A model generated the notes under the pieces. It made no database searches. It had not been told where the DNA came from and saw only the letters and a program-made list of their open reading frames with translations. A stretch of 64,000 nt of DNA from an uncultured Eubacteriales bacterium (GTDB lineage: Bacteria; Bacillota; Clostridia; Lachnospirales; Lachnospiraceae): the NCBI GenBank assembly GCA_949292785.1, contig CASFBK010000006.1, positions 220,250 to 284,249 on the forward strand, given 5' to 3'. This document shows positions 50,470-61,600 of this stretch, piece by piece (within the stretch, counting starts at the first letter, position 1; each line of letters opens with the position of its first letter). Both the position numbers and the translations under genes were made by a program.

Positions 50470-51381
50470 ATGAAGATCACAGAGATTGTTCTTGTTACAG
50501 AGAACTGGAAGGGGACAGAAAAAAATGCCCTTATGACAGCGGAGGATTATTTCAGGTATTTAGACCTTGATACCTTTGACAGCAGAAAGGATGTGGCGGA
50601 TGCCATTCTGGAACTTGGACGGACTTTGGGGGAGGAAGAAGCATGGAGTGAATATTACTTTGCAGCAAACAGAACGGTGTTTGCAAGGCTCTGTATGGAT
50701 GAGAAACAGCTTGAACAATTCCTCAGAGGTTTTTACAACAGCAGGGATCAGGAGGTTCTGTTTGATAAGGGGATGTGTTCCGGGGAATGTCTGGATAAGC
50801 TCTCCGAGTTTTGCATGGATACAAAGGGAATGGTAAGGATAGGCGGCTTTTCCTATGAAAAGCAGGAGGCGGTATTTGAACAGGGACAGATACTCCGTAA
50901 CCTGAACGGAAGTGATTATCGTGTGCTGGAAAAGCTGTCAGAAAAAAATCTGCTGCTGATGGATACGAAAACGGGAAATTTTGTGGTGGCTCTGGGAACG
51001 GAGCAGTTTGTAAGGCATCCACGAGGAACAGAAGCAACAAAGGAAAACAGCCTGACAGGGATTGAGTGGGGACATGGTCTGTATTATGGCAGCACACCCT
51101 CAGCCATTGATTTCCGCCATATCAGACAGGAGTATGGGACAGAACGAAAGATAGAGGACATCCATCAGTACCGGGAAATGCTGCAGGACAGATTCCGTCT
51201 GTATTCCCGGATGGAAAAAGACGGGCTGATTAGTGACAGGTTAAGAGAAGAAATAATGTATGCCAGCTATAAGGAGTTTGGAACAAATGATTCAGAATAT
51301 TTCAGAAAAGGCTTGAACGAAGGTCTTTATGATAAAGGTTTTAAAGAAATGAAAGAGATAGCAAAGAGAAAATCCAGATAA
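50470..51381 (+). CDS. Hypothetical ICE protein
   Basis: GAGAGGTG RBS; ~300-aa ORF in the operon. Confidence 0.7.
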   Translation: MKITEIVLVTENWKGTEKNALMTAEDYFRYLDLDTFDSRKDVADAILELGRTLGEEEAWSEYYFAANRTVFARLCMDEKQLEQFLRGFYNSRDQEVLFDKGMCSGECLDKLSEFCMDTKGMVRIGGFSYEKQEAVFEQGQILRNLNGSDYRVLEKLSEKNLLLMDTKTGNFVVALGTEQFVRHPRGTEATKENSLTGIEWGHGLYYGSTPSAIDFRHIRQEYGTERKIEDIHQYREMLQDRFRLYSRMEKDGLISDRLREEIMYASYKEFGTNDSEYFRKGLNEGLYDKGFKEMKEIAKRKSR

Positions 51382-51394
51382 GGCAGGGAGGAAT

Positions 51395-51775
51395 TTGACA
51401 GTGGAAAAACAAATCACAGCAAAGGAAATCAGAAAAGACATGGAATACCTTGTAAAGCTGCTGCACAAGGAATGGGAGCGAAGCGGCAGGACAAGAGCTG
51501 TTGTCACAGTGAGGTTTGAGGATGTGGCAGAAGTGGAAAGTCGGATGGCAAAAGTAATTTCAGAAAAGCAGAAGCAGCTTGAAAATGGGGAAATGACCTT
51601 CAAGGAGAGCATGGAACTTTCCAGAAGCAACTTTATACTTCTCCGCCTCGTCAAAAAGATAAAAAAAGTAGAGGAAAAGGCGGAAAAGAAAGGTCTGGGA
51701 TATGAGTTTGACGTAGAGCTTGACAGGGAGGAATATAAACTCTTTGGGGATATAGTAGGAATACAGGAGGGGTAA
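51395..51775 (+). CDS. Hypothetical ICE protein
   Basis: GGGAGGA RBS, TTG start. Confidence 0.65.
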   Translation: MTVEKQITAKEIRKDMEYLVKLLHKEWERSGRTRAVVTVRFEDVAEVESRMAKVISEKQKQLENGEMTFKESMELSRSNFILLRLVKKIKKVEEKAEKKGLGYEFDVELDREEYKLFGDIVGIQEG

Positions 51776-51779
51776 GTGA

Positions 51780-52343
51780 TTGGGGAAAAAATACAAGGTT
51801 ATTTACGCCGATCCGCCCTGGCATTACCGGGTTTATTCCAAAAAAGGGGAAGGAAGAAGTGCGGAAAACCATTATCATACCATGAACATTGAAGATATAC
51901 GGTCATTACCGGTAGAAGCAATTGCCGATGATGACTGTATTCTTTTTTTGTGGGTAACATTCCCCTGCCTGCTGGAAGGAATCTCCGTTATGAAAAGCTG
52001 GGGTTTTACCTACAAAACCTGCGGTTTTAACTGGGTAAAAAGGAATAAGAAATCAGACAGCTTTTTTATGGGACTTGGCTTCTGGACACGCTCTAATTCG
52101 GAAATCTGCCTGCTTGGGACAAAGGGCAGACCGAAGCGGGTATCAAAGGCGGTTGCACAGGTGTGTGATGCAAGAATCATGGAACACAGCAAAAAGCCAG
52201 ATGAAATCCGGGAGAGGATTGTGGAGCTGTGCGGGGATGTCCCCCGGATTGAGCTGTTTGCAAGGCAGCGGTATGAGGGCTGGGACTGTCTCGGTGATGC
52301 CATAGACGGAAAAGATATAAGGGAAGCAATTTTGGAGGTGTAA
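51780..52343 (+). CDS. MT-A70-family N6-adenine methyltransferase
   Basis: VIYADPPW, LFLWVT, WGFTYKT, HSKKP, IELFAR. Confidence 0.9.
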   Translation: MGKKYKVIYADPPWHYRVYSKKGEGRSAENHYHTMNIEDIRSLPVEAIADDDCILFLWVTFPCLLEGISVMKSWGFTYKTCGFNWVKRNKKSDSFFMGLGFWTRSNSEICLLGTKGRPKRVSKAVAQVCDARIMEHSKKPDEIRERIVELCGDVPRIELFARQRYEGWDCLGDAIDGKDIREAILEV

Positions 52344-52347
52344 GATT

Positions 52348-52596
52348 ATGACGTTTGATGATATTAAAGGAAACAAGGTCAGGGAAGAAATATTCCCACA
52401 GGTGTTAGAGGAAGCGTGCAGACAGTGGTGTGGTTTTATAGAAGAAGCACCGGAAAGAAAAAGCGGGGAGGGATTTGCAGATTTTTTCTATGAGATTTTT
52501 GAAAGCAGGGAGCTGGAGTATGCGGGCAGGCTGTTTGAACAGCAGGGAATGGCAGGTCATGCTATTTCGGACGACAGGGGGAACCAAAAACGATAG
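52348..52596 (+). CDS. Hypothetical ICE protein
   Basis: GGAGG RBS; 82 aa. Confidence 0.6.
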   Translation: MTFDDIKGNKVREEIFPQVLEEACRQWCGFIEEAPERKSGEGFADFFYEIFESRELEYAGRLFEQQGMAGHAISDDRGNQKR

Positions 52597-52608
52597 GAGG
52601 TACAGCAG

Positions 52609-55600
52609 ATGGGAGTGGATAACCTGGTAAGCCGGCTTTACGATGCCGGCATGAAGCAGGTGGTGTCGGATGAAGCAAACTGGAAAAGCGTCTGCCGCCT
52701 GACTGGAAGGCTGTACCGTTATGAGTTTGACAACATTCTTATGGTATATATGCAGCGACCAAACGCAACGCTGGTGGCAGACTATGACACATGGAAGGAT
52801 GCAAGAGTTGGCAGATATGTAAAGCGTGGCAGTAGAGGAATCGCAATCTTTCCGTCCAGAGCCTTAAAACCTCACATGAGGTATGTGTTCGACATCAGTG
52901 ATACAGGCGGCAGAAGCAGCCGCCTTACATGGGAGCTTGATGAGAAAACAAGGAAAGCCTATGCCGCATATTTAGGCAGGGAAAATGAGGAAGGAAAAGA
53001 ATCTGCGGAAACTTTCTTAAAAGACTTTACAGAACATCGAATCGGAGTCATAATGGACTCAGAGTTCGGGGACAGAATAACCGAGCTTGCCCATTTAGCA
53101 GGAACGAAACGAAGATTGGTAGATGATAAAACGCAAGAGATTACGGCAGGGGAAGCGTTAAAAAGAAGTGTGGTGTATGCGGTATTCACACGATGCGGCT
53201 TTGACCTTTCCCCTGAAAAACAAGACTTTTCTTTCATTACCGCCTTTCAGTCGGAAGAAGAAGTCTACCGTTTAGGATCACTTGTAAGCGATATATCCTG
53301 TGAAGTTTTAAAAAGCATTGCAAAAGAATTAACGCAGATGGAAAGGAGTATTGCTTATGACAGAGCTGTTACAGTACAAAGAGGCGGAGGACGGGATGCT
53401 GTATCCCGACCTGACGCTGCCGGAGGAGAAAGTGACCATGACGAGCCTCGGCAGGTTCGCAGTGAGGGCGATGGAATACCTGAAGGAGAACCACAGGCAG
53501 AGGTATCAGACCTTAGTGAGATTCGGGAAGTTAGCGGAGAAGATGCAGGAAGTGGAGGAAGAAGCCTACCGGATGATGGAGGTGCTGGAGCAGGATTACC
53601 TGAAAAAGAACCCGCCGAAGAATCCGCAGTCCACGATGGAGATGTGGCAGTTAAGGGAGCAGGCGAGGATGCAGGCAGAGGAAATCGTGATGACGGAAAT
53701 CGTGCTGAAATTCCACTAGAGGAAGATAAACAGCGGCAGGAACAGTTAAATAGTGAAATCAGCCGGGAGCTTGAGGAACTTGAGTCTCTTGGCAGAACGG
53801 AAACAGGAAGCTACGAACAGGCTTCCTTTTCTTTTGCCCAAAATGGGGATATAAAGATACCGGAAAAATTTCGTTACCAGAAGCCGAAAACGGAGCTGAC
53901 CGTTCCCCATGATTATATCCGGCAGGTACTGTTAAAAGGCAGCGGATTTTCCCAGGGCAAACGCAGGATATATGGAATCTTTGATACGGTGTCCGATCCG
54001 GAGGAGCGTATCAAACGGATAAAGAAGGAATACGGACAGGGCGGTGCAGGCTGGCCCGTTGACGGGTACGGACTGCATGGTTATGACACGATTCATGGGA
54101 AAGGGATACGGTTTCAGTGGCGTGATGAGGAAGGCGAAAAGGAAGGGTATTTAAGCTGGAAGTCAGTGGAGCAGGAATTAAGCGCCCTGATACTGACAGG
54201 GGAATACTACCAGCCGCCAAAAGCATTTGATGCAGATGTGGTGTCAGCGGCTTTGTGGCAGGAGCCATTGGATGAGTTTTTCAATAAAGGCTTCTGGCAG
54301 AAGCTTCCCAACATTGCCCTAAAGGAAGTGCTTGGTAAGGACTATCCGGAAAGCAGCAAAATACAGTTTGTGGAGAGAGTATTCCAGAAAGGTATGTTTT
54401 CCTTTAGCACAGGCAGTCATTTCAGGAATGAATTTGATGACTGCGAAGTGGAGCGGCACGATTGGGGCATTTCCGTAGAGTTTTATGATGAGAAGAAAAC
54501 AAAGTGGAGAACCGAGCTTGGCTGGAGGGAATGTACTGCCTATCTGGAGAGCATGGTTGCCGACGGGGTATACGAAACGTCAGAGGAATTTGATAAATTC
54601 CTTGAAGTGGCAGAGAGCGAAAGCAGGGTAAGCGGCATAACAAGTTTCAGAGACGATACCTTAAATTTCCTGACCGATACAGCAGAGGAACACCAGCAGC
54701 ATCGTGTTGAATTAGTGGAGCGTATCTTAAAGACCGTAGGCAGGGAAGATATTGAGGTTGCCTGGAATGACACTTACGATGTACTTCTTGCAGGGGACGG
54801 AGAGCATTTATGGCATGGGAAAGCTGCCTATGACTATATCATGGAAAACTGTCTGGAACTTGATTCGTTTCATCGTGATAAGCGTATCTATTTTGCAGAC
54901 ATGGCACAGTTTCAGCATGATGCGGCTGCAAGCATTGACTTAACCAAAGAGAAATTCATCCGCAGGAAAACCTTTGTGACGGTGGATAAGTCCGGGGAAG
55001 AAATAAAGCAGCAGGAAGAAAAGCTGTGGCAGGAGGCTTTAAAGCAATACTTCAATGAGGAAATTCAATATATCTCCGTAAAGACTCTGCTGTATGACAT
55101 CTTTACCACCAACCTTGATTTCAACAGCAAAGCAGAGTTTCTTGCCTCTGTTTATGGCGAGGAAAGGGCAGATATTGTCATGACTGATAAGGCAGACGGA
55201 CCTTACGGGGAAAGCCTTATCACAAGGGATCAGGAAGGCGTGACGGTATCCTACCAAAAGCCGGACGGAACAAGGGGAGAGCGTAAAGCGGATTACCGAT
55301 ATTGTGCCTCCTTAATTCTTCACATGATTGAGGAGAATGATTATCTCTCGGAGGAAGTGTTTGAACGGTTTCGGATAAGCCCGCAGTCCTTTCAGGCGAG
55401 CCCTGCTTTTATGGAGATTTACCATGAGTACAAAGAACGTATGCGGATGGAGCCGGGCTTTGCAGCGATTGAGCCGGAAGAATCCGAACAGATAGAGTCG
55501 AAGGAAATGCAGACCGAGCCGGAGGAAGCACAGGCAGAGCAGACGGAAAGTATCGAAAAGGTGGAGGGAGAAATCCTAGACAAGAATGGCAATGTGATAA

Positions 55601-58600
55601 AGCCTGTTTCCACAGCAGCCTTTCCGCAAGCCTTAGAGCAGGTGGAGGCAATGGAGGAGGATTTGCGGGAGGCGCTGGAGATTTACCTTCAGGGATGTTC
55701 CGCAATCAGACCGTTCCAGCCTTTTTTGCAGATGGCAGCAAAAAGTGATCTGCCAAAGGCAGACAAGCTCTACTTCCTCAACCGTATCGTCAATCATTAC
55801 AAAGGCGGGGAAACCTGCGAGGCATACCATAATAATGCCTACGGACTGGTTGCATATATCTGCAATTCAGATACCTTTATGGTGGATTATAAGAACCGTC
55901 AGGGAGAGAGAAACAGGGTATCCGTAACCTATGAGCAGATATACAGTGTCATGGAGTACATTATCCGGGCTGGAAGGTTTACGGACAATGTCCGCATGGA
56001 AAAATATGAGAAGGAGTTTGCCCAAACGCCATATGAGAAGAAGAGTCCCCTTGAAAAGCAGTTTTCTGACAAGCTGCAAATTCGGAATGCCAGAAAGGAA
56101 AGGGAAAACTTCCGTTTTGAAACAACAGAGCTGCCAAAAGCAGGACCAAAAACAAGGTATCAGTGGAATGTGGAAGCAATCCGTCTGATGAAGCAGGTCG
56201 AATTTGAAAACCGTACCGCCACGCCGGAGGAGCAGAAGATACTTGCAAGGTATGTGGGGTGGGGCGGCATTCCGCAGGCGTTTGATGAAAGAAATGATAG
56301 CTGGAAGAAAGAATATGAAGAATTAAAGAGCCTTTTATCACATTCCGAATATGCCCAGGCAAGGGAATCGGTCAACACAGCTTTTTACACGCCGCCGGAA
56401 ATCATTGAAGCGGTATATCAGGGACTTTCCCGGCTGGGATTTCAACAGGGGACAGTCCTTGAGCCTGCCGCCGGCGTCGGTCATTTCTTTGGAGCCATGC
56501 CGGAGGATATGCGTGGGAGCAAACTCTACGGTGTGGAAAAGGACGATATTTCGGGAAGGATTGCAAGGCTTCTGTATCCAAAGGCACAGATTAAGGTTGG
56601 AGGGTTTGAGGAAACACAGTTCCCGGATAACTTTTTTGATGTGGCGGTAGGAAATGTCCCTTTTGGGGACTTCAAGCTGTACGATCCGAAGTATGCAAAG
56701 CACAACTTCCGTATTCACGATTATTTCTTTGCGAAAGCACTGGATAAGGTCAGACCGGGCGGCATTGTGGCATTTATCACAAGCAAGGGGACAATGGATA
56801 AAGCAAACTCATCCGTCCGTAAATATCTGGCAGAGCGTGCCGAGTTAATCGGTGCGGTCAGGCTTCCAAATACTGCTTTCCGGGACAGTGCGGGTACAGA
56901 CGTCACCAGCGACATTCTCTTTTTACAAAAGCGGGAGCAGAAAACCGTTGCAGAGCCGGACTGGGTACATTTAGGACAGACTGAGGATGGCATTGCAGTC
57001 AATTCCTACTTCGTGGAACACCCGGAGATGATGCTTGGAACAATGGAATATGATTCCAGGATGTTCGGCAATGAAAGCAGATATACAAGCTGTATCAACC
57101 ATGACGAGAACTTTGATTTACCGTCAGCTCTTTCACAGGCAATATCCCGTCTGGAGGGACAGATTACGGACGTCATGGAGCTTACGGATTCGGAGAAGGC
57201 GGTGCAGGATATGATAGACGCCGATCCGGATGTGAAGAATTACACCTACACCTTTGTGGACGGAAAGCTCTACTACCGGGAAAACTCCAGAATGTACCGG
57301 AAGGAGGTGTCAGCGGTTATGGAGGAGCGAATCCGGCTGATGGATGAAATCCGTACCGTCACAAGGCAGCTTATTTTTATACAGACGGAAGGGTGCAGCG
57401 ATGGGGAATTAAAATTCCAGCAGGACCTTTTAAATGAAAAGTACGATGCCTATGTGAGAAAATTCGGTCCGATTACGGGAAGGGGAAGCCGGCAGGCATT
57501 TCAGGACGATGCGGACTATCCGCTTTTATGCTCCTTAGAGGTTGTGGATGAGGACGGAAATGTCAAAAAAGCGGATATGTTCCATAAACAGACCATCCGA
57601 GCCAAAAACCAGGTAGACCGGGTGGAAACCGCAACGGAGGCGTTGAATGTATCGGTCAGTGAGTTTGGTACGGTAAACATCCCCTTTATGTTAAGCATCT
57701 ATGAACCGGACTTGAAAAAGACAATGGAGCAGCTACCGGAGGGAAGCACACTGTCAGCGGATGCCGAGGTGGAGCTGAAAAGAGAAGTGCTGATAGAGGA
57801 GCTGGCGGGACTGATTTATCTTGATCCCACAGAGTACAATGAAAACAACATCAATGCCGGGTGGAAAACCGCAGACGAATATTTATCCGGCAATGTCCGG
57901 GATAAGCTGCACATTGCCAAAGCCTATGCGGAGGAAAACGGGGAACTGTTTGCCGCCAACGTGCAGGCGCTTATGCAGGTGCAGCCGAAGGATCTGGACG
58001 CATCGGAAATCGAGGTGCGGATTGGAACCACATGGATTGAACCGGAGGATTATGAGCTGTTTCTCTATGAGCTGCTTGGCACACCGAATCGTGCAAGGGC
58101 AGTCAGAAGCTCCTATTACAGCTCCGGCATTCAGGTTAAGTATAATGCCTATGGTCAGAACTGGTTTATTGAGAACAAATCCCTTGACAAACGCTCCGTT
58201 GCAGCGACAAAGACCTATGGTACAGACAGGATAGATGCCTATTCCATTATGGAGGAAAGCTTAAACCTGTGTACCGTAACGGTCCGGGACCGGATTGATG
58301 ACGGGGACGGAAAATTCCATTATGAAGTCAATAAAAAGGAAACCATGCTGGCAAGGGAAAAGCAGAACCAGATCAAAGAGGCGTTCAAGGCTTGGATATT
58401 CAAGGATCAGGAACGCAGGCAGAAGTATGTGGATTATTATAACAATACCTTCAACTGCATCCGCCTTAGAAGCTATGACGGTTCTTTCCTTACCTTCCCC
58501 GGCATGAACCCGGAAATACAGCTCAGGGAACATCAGAAAAATGCGGTTGCCCGTATCCTGCTTGGGGGAAACACCCTGCTTGCCCATGTGGTGGGGGCGG

Positions 58601-61600
58601 GAAAGACCTATACCATGATGGCAGCCTGCATGGAGCAGAAACGGTTAGGGCTTGCCAACAAAAATGTCATTGTTGTGCCAAAATCCTTAATCGGACAGAC
58701 CGCCGGGGAGTTTTTAAGGCTGTACCCTTCCGCCAATATCCTTGTGGCGACGGAACGGGATTTTGAAAAAAGCAGGAGAAAGCAGTTTATCTCAAGGATT
58801 GCCACCGGGGACTATGACTGTATCATCATGTCCCATTCACAATTCGAGAAAATCCCCATTTCCAGAGAGCGTAAAGAACGGATGTTAAATGAGCAGATAC
58901 AGGAAATCTCCTATGCCATAGAGGAAATCAAGGAGCAGAACGGGGAACGGTGGACGGTAAAGCAGATGGAAAGCCAGAAAAAGAAGCTGGAGGAACAGTT
59001 AAAGGCATTGTCTGACGAATCCAGAAAAGATGACCTGATCTGTTTTGAGGAGCTTGGCATTGATTCCATCATGGTAGACGAAGCACATCATTTTAAGAAC
59101 CGTACGAAACGTTGTTTCATAAGGTAGGACTGACAATCTTACCGAAACAGACCAACAGAAATCACTTAGCAATAAGAATGAACTGTTGAACTTAAATCTC
59201 AAATTCAAGGGGGAAGTACCCTTGCCACACAGAATCAACACCGATAATGGTAAGTCAAAACCGTAGGTGGTGTGCGAGATAATACTTCACTATGCGAGGT
59301 GGCTGTATCCACCCACGTATAAAGTGTGAAGAAGTCGTAACTTGATGTCCTAAGTCCTACGGGATACGGAATATATAGTGCGGTCTTCCGAAAACTATGG
59401 TTACACGTAGAAAAAGCTATGCAGCATCGTAAGAGTTGACGGCGTCTGAAAGGACGAAAGATTAGGAAAGAATGTATTGCTGGTTTTTCAATACATTCCT
59501 GTGCGGCTGAAATATCGTGCAGAACACACAGTAACTATGATTCAAAGTGTGTTTGTTCCTACGGTGTAAGGTAGCAACCTAAGGTTTTCAAGTAGTTAAA
59601 TCTACAAAAGGATAGAGATTTAGGAACGTTTGAGAGCCTGTATTGGAGCTATACAGGGTGAAGAAGATACAGGAAGTCAGCAGTCCCATAGTAGTCTGAG
59701 ATTGGGAAAGCCAGTCACACAGGCTGAAATGCCTATGGCGAAGGGGACTAGTCAGACTAATTTACAAATTTCATAAAACAAGAAAAGAATAACTCCCTGA
59801 AATATGGGTGACGAACTGCGAGGTGATAGCCTTGTGCATTTGAACGTCAGATTTTCAACAGAAGCGGAATTAAAGCAGACATTAGATTTCCTTTATGAGA
59901 AATCAAAAGAGGGAATCGCTTTTACAGGTCTTGTTGAAGCAATGGTAAATGAAGTTACCATTGTTACCGCAATTCATAACATTAAGTCGAACAAAGGCAG
60001 TAAAACGGCTGGAGTAGACCAGATGAAAATGGACAAATATCTGCAAATGCCAAGAGATGAACTAATTGCACTGATAAGAGATAATTTCAGTAATTACAGA
60101 CCAAAACCAGCAAGACGGGTATATATCCCCAAAAAGAATGGAAAACAACGCCCACTGGGTATTCCAACAGTTTTGGACAGAATCATACAGGAATGCATGA
60201 GAATTGTCATTGAGCCTATATGCGAAGCAAGATTTTATCCGCACAGTTACGGATTTCGTCCGTACAGGGCACAAAAACACGCAATCAGAGACATTATAAA
60301 TGTCATTAATGCTTCTACCTACTCACAAGACCAGCCTGTATGGGCAATCGAGGGGGATATAAAAGGCTGTTTTGACAATATCGACCACAGAATCCTGTTG
60401 CAGAAAATATGGCGTATTGGAATCCATGACAAAAGGGTAATTAAGATAATACAGCAGATGTTAAAGGCTGGGTATATAGAAAGTGGTGTCATGAACGACA
60501 CGAAACTCGGTACAATGCAGGGCGGAATTTTGTCGCCATTGCTGTCAAATGTGTATCTAAATGATTTTGACTGGTTTGTAGGAAGAATGTATATGGAACC
60601 CCACAGGCAATGTAAACACAAGTGTAATGATACACGACGGTTGAAATGGTCGGGAGTAACTCCAAAATACAATTTCCGTTTTGCTGATGATTGGGTAATC
60701 CTCACATCAACGGAACAGGAAGCATACAGATTAAAACGTGTGCTGACAAAATATTTTAGAAATAAAATGAAGCTGGAATTATCACAGGAAAAGACGTTTG
60801 TAACAGACCTTAGAACAGAGGGAATCCATTTCCTCGGTTTTGTGGTCAAAGCAGAGAAAAAGAGGAAAACCCCCAACCCAAGAACTTGGACGGAAAATCT
60901 GGTAGGGAAACCTTTACCAGACATGGAGCGATTGAAAGATAAAATACAAAAGATTGCTGATGAAGTCCGAGTAATTGGAGAAATCACAGAAAGGAGCGTA
61001 CAGGCGGCACAAATACAGCGTGTAAATTCCATGATAGTGGGATTGGCACAGTATTTACAACCCTCAATATGTTCTCATGCGTTCCATGCCATAGACAGAA
61101 GAATCAACAATACAGCATTGGCGGTATGGAAAAAGAGATTTCCAAAGCATTACAACAAATATCAGATACCATTGGAAAAACTTTGTAATCTACCGCACAG
61201 GCATGAGGGATATAAAAGTAAAACATTTGCTGTTCCGATTGAGGGAGAATGGTTTGGAATTACTTATGCATTTATCACGCATAGTAAATATGAAAGCAAG
61301 CCATTTGACCAACGCATGACACCTTACACAGAGGAGGGCAGACGGATTTATAGCTATTACCGTAGCAAAAGTAAGCCTCTCCCCTGTGACAGACCGTCAG
61401 TTAATACCACAAGAGATATACAGCTTTCGGTCTATGCAAAGACAGTATTTAATTTTGAATACTTCATGAATAGGGAATATGCGTACAACAGGGATAAAGG
61501 CAAGTGCAAATGCTGTAAGAAACCACTATTTTTAGAAAACAAAAAGTATTGTTATCACATCAAAGGGGAACTTCCGTTAGAAAGAGTAAACAAAGTGCAA

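Noticed and set aside
57821-58234. Another + strand ORF nested in the helicase gene
   Set aside because: No SD and no family resemblance, and the helicase frame there is conserved domain sequence, unlike the TnpV case
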